From the NCBI GenBank assembly GCA_947460175.1, contig CANHGW010000007.1, positions 15,302-79,301 on the forward strand: a stretch of 64,000 nucleotides of DNA, in the 5' to 3' direction. Positions 49,439-58,662 of this stretch are shown one piece after another. The translations under genes and the position numbers were made by a program. Numbering within the stretch: the stretch's first letter is position 1; every line of letters begins with the position of its first letter. The stretch is from Bacteroidota bacterium (GTDB lineage: Bacteria > Bacteroidota > Bacteroidia > Chitinophagales > Chitinophagaceae). The notes beneath the pieces are model-generated. The model was not told the DNA's origin. It searched no databases and was given only the letters and a program-made list of their open reading frames with translations.

Positions 49439-49581
49439 TGTGTATATTTATAAAAGGAAATAATTTTTATTGATTTTGTATAGTAAAGATAACCCTTTCA
49501 TATAATGTAATAAAAAATAATATTTAAGAAATGATATTACCTTCACATTCAAATTTTACAAATACCTAAAAAAAAAATACA

Positions 49582-50019
49582 ATGAAATCGATCAAACTAT
49601 TTAGCATTCTCTTTTCAATGAGCCTTTTTTCATTTAGCTGTAACGAAACATCCGAATCAGAGAAAATCGCATCTGAAAATTTATCTGACAATAAACCTAA
49701 AACGGAAGTACCGCAACCAATTGACACACCTAAATCCAATGAAGCTGATATCCGTACATTTCTTCATTCTATCGAAGGAACCTATGGTTGGCAAACAACT
49801 TCTGATAGTATCTCATACGATTATTTTGAAGATGGTCGACTACATATACAAGGACCCGATGGCGAAGCCACTATGTGGACTGGCACTTGGAAATTGGCAG
49901 GCGACCAATTAACAATGGTTTGCAAAGACATTCAAAAAGATGAAACTGTAACTGTAAAAATCGATGGTGAAAAATTGGTCTTAGGAGATAAAGTCTATAC
50001 AAGATATAAACCTAATTAA
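49582..50019 (+). CDS. small lipoprotein, hypothetical
   Basis: Signal peptide with lipobox-like FSFSC. Confidence 0.45.
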   Translation: MKSIKLFSILFSMSLFSFSCNETSESEKIASENLSDNKPKTEVPQPIDTPKSNEADIRTFLHSIEGTYGWQTTSDSISYDYFEDGRLHIQGPDGEATMWTGTWKLAGDQLTMVCKDIQKDETVTVKIDGEKLVLGDKVYTRYKPN

Positions 50020-51519
50020 TCATTTCAAGTATTTACCAATAATAGGAAATGAAGCAAATTCCTTTTTCTCTACTTTGAGTATATAGATTGTATATGAAGC
50101 AAATAAGAATGTACTTAATGCAATCTTCATCCATAAATTGGGCAAGTATTGATTACTGACCATTGATATGATTGTAAGCGTAGTAATGACTAAAATGAAA
50201 ATTGCTATTTTTCTTACATCATACGGTACTGGAAAATATTTTTGCCCCATAAAATAACTGATAAGCATCATTGCCAAATAACATATAAAAGTGGCCCAAG
50301 CACTTCCAACATATCCATACTTAGGTATCCAAAGAATATTTAATAAGATGGTAATTACAGCTCCGAAAATTGTAATCCATGCACCATACCAATTTTTATT
50401 AGTCAATTTATACCAAATGGAAAGATTGTAGTAAATTCCTAAAAACACACTCCCCATCGCTAATATTGGTACTATCTGAATTCCTTCACCATATTCTTTA
50501 TACTTTAATGTCATTATCTCTTTAAATACATCGAGGTATAATCCTACTAATAAAAACATAAATGAACATGCAACTACAAACATATTCATTACGCGTGCAT
50601 AGGTTTCGGGTGCATTTTTATTTTTCGATTGATTAAAAAAGAATGGCTCAGCAGCCATGCGAAACATTTGAATGAATATTGTAATCAATACAGCTAATCG
50701 ATAATTGGCTGCGAACACACCTAGTTGTCTTTTGGCCTCTGCTACTGGCAAATCGGTCACATGTTGAAAAACCAATCGACTCAACATATCATTGATCATA
50801 CCCCCTAACCCCACAATAATAAGTGGATACGAATATTTCATTACTTCTTTCCAAAGATCTTTGTCAAATTCAAATTTAAATCCTTTGAATTCTCCTAACA
50901 ACAATAAAAAGGTAAGAATACTTCCTACAATATTTCCTATTAGATAATACCCAATTCCTATAGATGAATTGTAACCCAAGAGCAATATGCTTGATGGATT
51001 TTTAGCAGCTATGTTGGGACAAAAACCTATAAACCAAATCACAACAATCACATTGATAATAATACCCAATAATTTTATAAACGCATACTTTCGTGGTCGT
51101 TCTTCTTGTCTTAATTTGGCAAATGGCAATGCAGAAAGTGTATCAAAAAAAACAATGGCAGCCATCCATGTTATAAATTCTGGATGCTCTTCCATAGCAG
51201 TGAATTCAATCAATGGACCTCTGCAAACAATCATGATCGCAGTTAATAATATAGTTGAGAAAATAATAGAAACACTCAGCGTATTAAACAAGGTTTGATG
51301 TGGCTTGTTTTGTATAAACCTAAAATAGCTCGTTTCAACACCATATGTAAATAAAATATTGAGAAAAGGAAAGATTGCATATATCTGCGTAAGGTCTGCT
51401 GTGCTAACAGCCTGATATAAAAATATAAGAGAGAAATTTAAGATATATCCAATGAACCGGGTTGCGATACTTGGCACTCCATACCACAATGTTTGTCCTG
51501 CCAATTTTTTAATACTCAA
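50020..51519 (-). CDS. MOP-superfamily polysaccharide/oligosaccharide flippase (Wzx-like)
   Basis: 499 aa, about 12-14 TM helices, typical polysaccharide biosynthesis protein layout. Confidence 0.65.
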   Translation of the reverse strand: MSIKKLAGQTLWYGVPSIATRFIGYILNFSLIFLYQAVSTADLTQIYAIFPFLNILFTYGVETSYFRFIQNKPHQTLFNTLSVSIIFSTILLTAIMIVCRGPLIEFTAMEEHPEFITWMAAIVFFDTLSALPFAKLRQEERPRKYAFIKLLGIIINVIVVIWFIGFCPNIAAKNPSSILLLGYNSSIGIGYYLIGNIVGSILTFLLLLGEFKGFKFEFDKDLWKEVMKYSYPLIIVGLGGMINDMLSRLVFQHVTDLPVAEAKRQLGVFAANYRLAVLITIFIQMFRMAAEPFFFNQSKNKNAPETYARVMNMFVVACSFMFLLVGLYLDVFKEIMTLKYKEYGEGIQIVPILAMGSVFLGIYYNLSIWYKLTNKNWYGAWITIFGAVITILLNILWIPKYGYVGSAWATFICYLAMMLISYFMGQKYFPVPYDVRKIAIFILVITTLTIISMVSNQYLPNLWMKIALSTFLFASYTIYILKVEKKEFASFPIIGKYLK

Positions 51520-51654
51520 TCGTGCAATATTTTAGTATGGTAAAAATAATTCAAGCATATTATATTTAAGACTTTTTAACCAGAATACCGAAGTAATAAC
51601 TAAATATTAGCCTATTCACCTTTACTTTTGTATACAATAAATAAACGAAAAAAC

Positions 51655-52533
51655 ATGAAAAAGCAATTTTTAACCTTAACAGCTTTACTTTCATTAAGCT
51701 TAACATCATTTGCACAAAATCCTCAAACTGGAACTACTGTCATCAATAAAGCTAGTCAGCCATGTGTATATGCCGATTACCAAATGCCAGGTTCTATAGT
51801 AGAGGGAGCATTGAAAAAGAAATTGACAGATGCAAAAATTGGCTCAGATAGCAAAGCAAGCGATGGATTCAGAGTATACAAAGGAGTCGTATTTCAACAA
51901 ATCTCTAAAGACAAAATGGATTTGTATGTAAAAGTAGAAGAGAAAAAACCTATTTCAACTGTTTACATTTTAACTTCCAAAGGATATGATAATTTTATCA
52001 ATAAAGAAACTGATTCAAACGTTATCAATAATAGCATGGCTTTTTTAACCAACTTTTTGAATGATGTGAATGCATTTAAATTAAATAAGGATATAGAAGC
52101 TCAACAAGATGTGATTGAAAGTGCTGAAAAGAAAAACAAAAGCATTGCTAAAGATGGTGAATCATTGTTGAAAGACAAATCAAAAATTGAATCTAAGATT
52201 TCAAAAACAAACATCGAAATTGGCTCGTTGAAATCAGATATGGATAATCAACAAAAGCAACTTGAAGCTGTAAAAGCTAAAACTGCTACTATCGACCAAA
52301 TGGATGCATTGAAAAAAGAAGTAAGCAAACAAGAAGATGCAGCTCGCAAATCGATTAAAAAATACAACGATGCTTTAAAAGATGCAGAAGACTACAAGGC
52401 TGATTTGAAAAAGAATGAAGACGAAATTGCAAAGAATAAAAAAGAACAAGAAGATCAGATTGCTGAAGTTAAAAAACAAAAAGAAGCTTTAGAAGCTATC
52501 AAAGTAGAATTGTCTAAAATAATTATTAAATAA
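51655..52533 (+). CDS. secreted coiled-coil protein
   Basis: Signal peptide from the ATG at 51655. The C-terminal half is K/E/D-rich heptad-like coiled coil. Confidence 0.5.
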   Translation: MKKQFLTLTALLSLSLTSFAQNPQTGTTVINKASQPCVYADYQMPGSIVEGALKKKLTDAKIGSDSKASDGFRVYKGVVFQQISKDKMDLYVKVEEKKPISTVYILTSKGYDNFINKETDSNVINNSMAFLTNFLNDVNAFKLNKDIEAQQDVIESAEKKNKSIAKDGESLLKDKSKIESKISKTNIEIGSLKSDMDNQQKQLEAVKAKTATIDQMDALKKEVSKQEDAARKSIKKYNDALKDAEDYKADLKKNEDEIAKNKKEQEDQIAEVKKQKEALEAIKVELSKIIIK

Positions 52534-52556
52534 TTACCTTATTTTATATTCTAATA

Positions 52557-52592
52557 AAAGAAATGGTGCGCCTGCGGCGCACCATTTCTTTT
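52557..52592. terminator. bidirectional rho-independent terminator
   Basis: 12-bp GC-rich stem AAATGGTGCGCC/GGCGCACCATTT with a 3-nt loop, an A-run and a T-run, between convergent genes. Confidence 0.9.
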
Positions 52593-52610
52593 AGGTAACA
52601 TATTTAGCTA

Positions 52611-53984
52611 TTACGCTTTGCTCATTTCTGCAAAATACTTATGGAAATAAGGAATAGTTTCTATTCCCTTGTAATAATTCACAAGATCAAATTTTTCATT
52701 CGGTGAATGAATATTATCATTATCTAATCCAAAGCCCATCAAGACTGTTTTCAATCCCAATACTTTTTCAAACAACGCTATGATTGGGATACTACCACCA
52801 CCTCGTGTTGGTATTGGTTTTTTATTAAAGGTGGTTTCTATAGCTTTTTCGGCTGCTTTGTAAGCGATAGAATCAGTAGGTGTTACAACTGGCTCACCTC
52901 CATGATGTTCAGTCACTTTGACTGTTACACTATTGGGTGCAATTTTGTTAAAGTGTGCTGTAAACAATTCTGCTATTTCATGTGAATTTTGATGTGGGAC
53001 CAATCGCATTGAAATTTTTGCAAAGGCTTTCGATGGCAAAACAGTTTTGGCACCTTCGCCAATATAACCACCCCAAATACCATTTAATTCCAATGTGGGT
53101 CTTACACCTGTGCGCTCCAATGAAGTATACCCTTTTTCACCCCAATCTTCTTTAACGCCTAATTCTTCTTTATATTCATTTAAATCAAAAGGCGCAGAGT
53201 TTAATGCAGTTCGTTCTTCTGAAGTTAATTCAACTACTTTATCGTAAAAACCATCTACAGTGATATGATTGTTTTCATCATGCATACTCGCAATCATTTT
53301 ACTTAAAATTGTAATCGGGTTAGCAACTGCACCACCATATACTCCACTATGCAAATCGCGATTTGGACCAGTAACTTCAACTTCCATATAAGCTAAACCT
53401 CGCAAACCAGTTTCGATACTAGGATGCTCCATACTTATCATAGATGTATCACTTACAAGTACGATATCGGCTTTTAAACGGTCTTTGTTTTCTTCTAAGA
53501 ATTTACCTAAATTGGTACTACCAACTTCTTCTTCACCTTCAATTATAAATTTCACATTGCATGCTAATGTATTGGTCGCATTCATTACTTCGAGTGCTTT
53601 TACATGCATAAACATTTGACCTTTGTCATCGCAAGCGCCACGAGCATATATTTTACCATCAGTGATAACTGGTTCAAATGGTCCACTTGTCCATAAATCC
53701 AATGGATCGGGCGGTTGCACGTCGTAATGTCCATAAGTAAGCACAGTTGGCAATGATGGATCAATCATTTTTTCTCCATAGACTATTGGATGTCCTGCAG
53801 TCGTACATACTTCAGCTGTAGTACAACCTGCAGCAATAAGTGCATTTTTCACTGCTTCGGCACAACTCGCGGTATCTCCATTGTGGGCTGGCACAGCACT
53901 TACAGAAGGTATTTTAAGTAATTCAATTAATTCATTGAGAAATTTGTCTTTATGTTGATTTTGATAATCTGTCCAAGTTTGCAT
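52611..53984 (-). CDS. M20 family dipeptidase
   Basis: Metal-binding motifs HYDVQP, GACDDKG and EGEEEVGS; 457 aa. Confidence 0.85.
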   Translation of the reverse strand: MQTWTDYQNQHKDKFLNELIELLKIPSVSAVPAHNGDTASCAEAVKNALIAAGCTTAEVCTTAGHPIVYGEKMIDPSLPTVLTYGHYDVQPPDPLDLWTSGPFEPVITDGKIYARGACDDKGQMFMHVKALEVMNATNTLACNVKFIIEGEEEVGSTNLGKFLEENKDRLKADIVLVSDTSMISMEHPSIETGLRGLAYMEVEVTGPNRDLHSGVYGGAVANPITILSKMIASMHDENNHITVDGFYDKVVELTSEERTALNSAPFDLNEYKEELGVKEDWGEKGYTSLERTGVRPTLELNGIWGGYIGEGAKTVLPSKAFAKISMRLVPHQNSHEIAELFTAHFNKIAPNSVTVKVTEHHGGEPVVTPTDSIAYKAAEKAIETTFNKKPIPTRGGGSIPIIALFEKVLGLKTVLMGFGLDNDNIHSPNEKFDLVNYYKGIETIPYFHKYFAEMSKA

Positions 53985-54069
53985 AATTGTATTATTTTTT
54001 AGAATTAAAAAAAGTTGTTTTTACGGAGTGTAAAATAACTAAATTAACTTCACATCTTTGCACCTGAAT

Positions 54070-54555
54070 ATGGAAATTTTAAAACCTTCATTGAACGACA
54101 TTCCAGCCATCATTTCATTGGCAACTCATACTTGGCATACAACCTATTCTAGTATTATTTCGAAGGAACAAATTGAATACATGTTGCAACTATTTTACAA
54201 TAAAGAATTAATTGCAACTCAATTTTCTGATCCTACTCATTTTTTTCTACTAGCGAAAGAAGAAAATCAACTACTTGGATATTCGCATTGCTATATCGAA
54301 TATGATAAACTCAAATTGAGCAAACTGTATATTTCACCATTGGCACAAGGCAAGGGAATAGGCAAACAACTTCTCAACCGAATTGAAGCTGACATGAATG
54401 AATTAGATATTTCGACACTTATTTTGAATGTAAACCGAAACAATCCAGCGTTAAATTTTTATCAAAAAATGGGATTTGAAATTATTGAAACAGTTGATAT
54501 CCCTTTAGATAAATTTTGGCTCAATGACTTTGTGATGCAGAAAACTATTTCTTAA
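54070..54555 (+). CDS. GNAT family N-acetyltransferase
   Basis: Acetyl-CoA motif QGKGIGKQLL. The ATG at 54070 is preferred over the upstream TTG. Confidence 0.75.
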   Translation: MEILKPSLNDIPAIISLATHTWHTTYSSIISKEQIEYMLQLFYNKELIATQFSDPTHFFLLAKEENQLLGYSHCYIEYDKLKLSKLYISPLAQGKGIGKQLLNRIEADMNELDISTLILNVNRNNPALNFYQKMGFEIIETVDIPLDKFWLNDFVMQKTIS

Positions 54556-55435
54556 TAAAAATAATATTATCGGACTCTAATTTTGAATGTCTTAAATAAG
54601 CATCCAAATCCAACTCAGGTGTAAGCATCCCTTTACCATCAATTACATAGGAATGATAATGAAGTGATTTTAAAAGCTGAACTGCAGATTTATGCGATTC
54701 ATTTCCACGTTCAGGAGCCAAATATTCCATAGCAAGAATGACAGAATGAGTAGAAAATAAATCAATAGCTCCACGTATTGCTTTATCCTCTGCGCCTTCT
54801 ACATCCATTTTAATAAACTTAGGAAATACTCCATTGGATGTACAAAATGCATCAATGGTAATCGCATCTAACACTGTTAATGTAGGCTTATTATCTTGAA
54901 ACCATTTCTCATCTTTGTATTGTAGTTGATTGGTTGAATTATATTCTGAATAGTAAACCGGAAATTCATAAAAATTAATTTTTTCAACGCAATCACTTAT
55001 TGCCAAGTGCCGGATTTGAATGTTTTTTTTATTCAATGCATTTTCTTGCAAAACATTGTAATTAATTTTGGATGCCTCGAAAGAATACACCTTACCTGTT
55101 TTTACAAGACTCGACATGAATATAGAGAAAAAACCAAAATGTGCACCGATATCAAATACAATATCCTTGTCTTTTAAATTTTTAATTAAAAACTTACAAA
55201 GCCTTATTTCAGAATCGTGTGTTTTACCTCCCGACAAATAAATATCGGATGAGGCTGGAAGTAAAACTGAAAAATCATCACCCCAAAAAGTACGTATTTT
55301 TTTCATTACGCCATGAGGTGACTTAATCAAATGCCTTGTCAACATTAAATGCCAATATTTATGGGGCATTGAAATGAAACGCTTTAATCTGGTAGCGCTG
55401 GCAAATGATTCTACTTTTCTTAACTTAGTTTCCAA
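54545..55435 (-). CDS. FkbM family methyltransferase
   Basis: SAM motif FDIGAHFGFFS and IKMDVEGAE. Confidence 0.8.
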   Translation of the reverse strand: METKLRKVESFASATRLKRFISMPHKYWHLMLTRHLIKSPHGVMKKIRTFWGDDFSVLLPASSDIYLSGGKTHDSEIRLCKFLIKNLKDKDIVFDIGAHFGFFSIFMSSLVKTGKVYSFEASKINYNVLQENALNKKNIQIRHLAISDCVEKINFYEFPVYYSEYNSTNQLQYKDEKWFQDNKPTLTVLDAITIDAFCTSNGVFPKFIKMDVEGAEDKAIRGAIDLFSTHSVILAMEYLAPERGNESHKSAVQLLKSLHYHSYVIDGKGMLTPELDLDAYLRHSKLESDNIIFIKK

Positions 55436-55444
55436 TAGCTTTTA

Positions 55445-56149
55445 TTATCTTTTTTCTATTTTAAATGATTGCAAAAAGTTGTTTTGCTCATTTTTTAAAA
55501 TTACAAAATAAATTCCTTTTGACAAGTTATTTAAACCCAATTTCATTTCATGCTGACCTGCAATTAATTCCTTTTTTACTACCAATTGGCCATATATTGT
55601 TTTTAATTCAACAGAAGTAAAATCATTTGAACTCAAGCCTTGAATTGTAATTTCGTCATCCGCAGGAATAGGATAAATTGAAACAACTGACCTTTTAATT
55701 GCTTCACCCGTAGAGGTCACACAGCCATTATTAATCGAAAGTAATATTGAATTTGGAATAGCAGCTTGATTATTGGGATCTGTAATTTCAAGCTTAGTGG
55801 TATGAGAACCATTCGCAGCACCAAGTTCAAAAAGATATGTAAAAATCAAACTACAAGAATCAATTACACTCCCATTGGTATCACTTTGATAATATGAAAA
55901 TGTGTAACACTGATCGCAATCACATACATATGCACTCCATCCGCTTGGCAAAGCACAAATATCTGTTCTTTTCCATTGGTACTTTTTAATGGCACCAGAC
56001 GTGTTGTGTAATTTCAGCTTTAATTCAATATTTGCTTCAAAGCCAGAGTATGTTTTATCAGTATCACTCGAGTTGAAATAAAGATATGATTGACTTTGTA
56101 CACCCAATGCAAAACTGATAAATAAAAGAAAAAGCAGACTTTTTCGCAT
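55445..56149 (-). CDS. secreted hypothetical protein with T9SS C-terminal sorting domain
   Basis: Signal peptide and a C-terminal IYPIPADDEITIQG...GIYFVILKNE pattern. Confidence 0.55.
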   Translation of the reverse strand: MRKSLLFLLFISFALGVQSQSYLYFNSSDTDKTYSGFEANIELKLKLHNTSGAIKKYQWKRTDICALPSGWSAYVCDCDQCYTFSYYQSDTNGSVIDSCSLIFTYLFELGAANGSHTTKLEITDPNNQAAIPNSILLSINNGCVTSTGEAIKRSVVSIYPIPADDEITIQGLSSNDFTSVELKTIYGQLVVKKELIAGQHEMKLGLNNLSKGIYFVILKNEQNNFLQSFKIEKR

Positions 56150-56221
56150 TTAGAAATATAATTTACTAGGTAAATATAAGTAGAAATCGACAAAATGCCT
56201 CAAATCTATTATTTTTGAATA

Positions 56222-56575
56222 ATGCATACACCCGAAGATTATATATATTCCATTGAAGATGTAACGCTACGCGAAACGGCTCTTTTTCTTCATTCGTTTA
56301 TATTATCTTATGAAGGCTTTACTTGTAAATTAGCCTATAAGATACCCTTTTATTATCGAAATAAATGGGTATGCTATATCAATATTTATAAAAAACATTC
56401 AATAGAATTAGCTTTTATCAGAGGGAATGAGATGAAAAACGAGGCAGGCATGTTGGATAATCGAGGGCGAAAATTGGTCTATGGCATTATTATTAAATCA
56501 ATAGACGATTTAAATGAATTACTTTTGGATGAGTGGATGCAAGATGCAATCGAAGTAGACGAAAGAAAGAAATAA
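56222..56575 (+). CDS. DUF1801 (YdhG-like) domain protein
   Basis: 117 aa. The pattern YKIPFYYRNKWVCYI resembles DUF1801. Confidence 0.4.
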   Translation: MHTPEDYIYSIEDVTLRETALFLHSFILSYEGFTCKLAYKIPFYYRNKWVCYINIYKKHSIELAFIRGNEMKNEAGMLDNRGRKLVYGIIIKSIDDLNELLLDEWMQDAIEVDERKK

Positions 56576-56621
56576 TTCTAATTTAAATCGATTAATTTTG
56601 CACTACTATAATAGTAGAAAA

Positions 56622-57302
56622 ATGAAATTAACATATTACGGTCATGCATGCTTCAGTGTTGAAATCAATGGGAAAACATTACTTTTCGACCCCTTTATAT
56701 CTGCAAATGAATTAGCCAAGCATATTCATGTTGTAGAAATAAAAGCTGACTATATTTTATTATCACATGGTCATGCCGATCATATAATGGATTGTGAATC
56801 CATTGCTTTGCGAAATGGCGCAAAAGTTATTTGCAGTTGGGAAATACATGAATGGCTGAATGCAAAAGGAGTTACTAATACGCATCCTATGAATACAGGG
56901 GGCAAATGGACATTTGATGAATTTACAGTTAAATGTACTGTAGCCCAACACAGCAGTAGCTTGCCTGATGGCAATTATGGTGGTAATCCTATGGGATTTA
57001 TTATCTATGCCAATGGTGAGTCCTTTTACTATAGTGGTGATACAGCGCTTACACTTGACATGCAATTGATTCCACTTTGGGCCAACCTTAAATTTGCGGT
57101 ACTTCCATTAGGTGACAATTTCACCATGGGAATTGAGGATGCTATTCGCGCGGCACAATTTACAAAAACGACCAACGTATTAGGTGTTCATTATGATACA
57201 TTTGGATTTATTAAAATAGACCATATCGACGCGGTAGAAGCATTTAGAAAAGAAAACCTTGAACTTACTTTACTGGCTATTGGCGAACAAAAGGATTTTT
57301 AA
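56622..57302 (+). CDS. metallo-beta-lactamase-fold metal-dependent hydrolase (UPF0173 family)
   Basis: LTYYGHACF start and the HGHADH metal motif. Confidence 0.75.
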   Translation: MKLTYYGHACFSVEINGKTLLFDPFISANELAKHIHVVEIKADYILLSHGHADHIMDCESIALRNGAKVICSWEIHEWLNAKGVTNTHPMNTGGKWTFDEFTVKCTVAQHSSSLPDGNYGGNPMGFIIYANGESFYYSGDTALTLDMQLIPLWANLKFAVLPLGDNFTMGIEDAIRAAQFTKTTNVLGVHYDTFGFIKIDHIDAVEAFRKENLELTLLAIGEQKDF

Positions 57303-57303
57303 A

Positions 57304-57996
57304 TTATAAAATACCTTCATCTGCAAAACTAAAATAAGCATTTTCGGCTAGTATTACGTGATCCAATAAAGTCAATTCTAGTACTTTGCCACCTTCTTTT
57401 ATTCGTTGTGTCAATACTTTGTCGGCTTCGCTTGGTGTCAAATTGCCGGATGGATGATTGTGTGCCAATACAATTCTCGAAGTTCCTGTAATCTCAAGAG
57501 CTTTTTTGAAAATAATACGCGGATCTACAACAGTTGAAGTCATACCCCCTTTACTGATAAGTTCTATGGACAATACTCTGTGTGCCTGATTGAGGTATAC
57601 AACATAAAACTCTTCAGCTTGTTTGTCAAGAAAATAAGAGTTCAATAAATTAAAAATGTCTTTACTCGTATTGATTTTAGGTTTTTCGAGAGCCGAAGCC
57701 AATTGCCGTCGTTTTCCCAATTCAAGAGCTGTCAATATTGTAATCGCTTTCTTTTCTCCAATTCCTTTCACTTTACTGATATCTTTTAATGTAAGCTTTC
57801 CCAGTTCCAACAAATTGTCATTACCTAAGGAAAGAATTTCCTTAGCAATATCCAAAGCACTCTTCTGTTTTGAACCTGTATTGATTAAAATTGCCAATAA
57901 TTCAGCATTCGTTAAGGCACTTGGGCCTTTTTGAATCATTTTTTCCCTAGGTCGCTCATCTAAAGTCCAGTTTTTTATACTTTTAAAATTTTCCAT
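57304..57996 (-). CDS. radC: RadC-family JAB-domain protein
   Basis: HhH region (VKGIGEKKA) and JAMM motif LAHNHPSG. The ATG at 57996 is preferred over the TTG at 58005. Confidence 0.85.
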   Translation of the reverse strand: MENFKSIKNWTLDERPREKMIQKGPSALTNAELLAILINTGSKQKSALDIAKEILSLGNDNLLELGKLTLKDISKVKGIGEKKAITILTALELGKRRQLASALEKPKINTSKDIFNLLNSYFLDKQAEEFYVVYLNQAHRVLSIELISKGGMTSTVVDPRIIFKKALEITGTSRIVLAHNHPSGNLTPSEADKVLTQRIKEGGKVLELTLLDHVILAENAYFSFADEGIL

Positions 57997-58000
57997 ATTT

Positions 58001-58092
58001 ACCAAATTCTAATTGGAAACTACCAAATACTCATTAAAAAGTGCAATTTACTCATTTGTCTTCAAAAAAAATAGCCTACCAATATACATTTG
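58001..58092 (+). promoter_or_regulatory. upstream module of sRNA copy 1: three 21-bp-phased 13-mers plus -7 box
   Basis: 13-mers start at 58001 (ACCAAATTCTAAT), 58022 (ACCAAATACTCAT) and 58043 (GCAATTTACTCAT). TACATTTG is at 58085-58092. Confidence 0.55.
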
Positions 58093-58095
58093 CAT

Positions 58096-58153
58096 CAAGT
58101 AGGTTATTTATGTGATTTTTCAATCAGAGCCCATCGTCAAGATGGGCTTTTTT
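58096..58153 (+). ncRNA. candidate small RNA, paralog 1
   Basis: The conserved block AGTAGGTTATTTATGTGATTTTTCAATC starts 6 nt after the -7 box. It ends in the terminator AGCCCATC-GTCAA-GATGGGCT plus a T-run. Confidence 0.55.
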
Positions 58154-58286
58154 GTTTTTATTCCTTTTTTTGAGACTTTATCATTATAATTCATATTTAA
58201 AACTAGTTGATTATTTTAATAGCTTAAAAATCAGAAATTTCACTTGAAAGAAATTAATTTAAAATTTCAATTGAAACATTTAATTC

Positions 58287-58377
58287 ACCAAATACTCATC
58301 TTAAACTACCAAATACTCATCTTAAACTACCAAATACTCATTTTGCCCAACAAAAATATATATTCACTTTATATTTG
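58287..58377 (+). promoter_or_regulatory. upstream module of sRNA copy 2: perfect 21-bp tandem repeat x3 plus -7 box
   Basis: ACCAAATACTCAT occurs at 58287, 58308 and 58329. TATATTTG is at 58370-58377. Confidence 0.6.
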
Positions 58378-58380
58378 CAC

Positions 58381-58441
58381 TCAGTAGGTTATTTATGTGA
58401 CTTTTTCAATCACAGGCCCATCGCAAGATGGGCTTTTTTTA
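58381..58441 (+). ncRNA. candidate small RNA, paralog 2
   Basis: Same conserved 5' block, terminator GCCCATC-GCAA-GATGGGC plus T8. Confidence 0.55.
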
Positions 58442-58507
58442 TTTCGATATCTTGATTTATTACATACATTTAATTTATCGATATATATGTGTTTGAATAC
58501 ATATTTA

Positions 58508-58599
58508 TCCAAATTCTCATAGATTATTACCAAATACTCATTTAAAACGACCGAATACTCATTTAACTATAAAAAGTTAGCTCAACAGCTATACATTTG
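58508..58599 (+). promoter_or_regulatory. upstream module of sRNA copy 3: three 21-bp-phased 13-mers plus -7 box
   Basis: 13-mers start at 58508 (TCCAAATTCTCAT), 58529 (ACCAAATACTCAT) and 58550 (ACCGAATACTCAT). TACATTTG is at 58592-58599. Confidence 0.55.
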
Positions 58600-58602
58600 T
58601 TC

Positions 58603-58662
58603 TCAGTAGGTTATTTATGTGATTTTTCAATCCGAAGCCCATCGTAAGATGGGCTTTTTTTT
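58603..58662 (+). ncRNA. candidate small RNA, paralog 3
   Basis: Same conserved 5' block, terminator AGCCCATC-GTAA-GATGGGCT plus T8. The hairpin abuts the stop of the convergent NUDIX gene. Confidence 0.55.

Noticed and set aside
49721-49912. 63-aa + strand ORF nested in the 49582-50019 lipoprotein gene.
   Set aside because: It is an alternative frame of a gene that has a proper signal peptide and lipobox. No independent support exists.
58287-58341. A tandem 21-bp repeat that could be mistaken for a CRISPR array.
   Set aside because: The repeats are contiguous with no spacers, there are only three units, no cas genes are present, and the same 13-mer recurs as promoter-proximal triplets.
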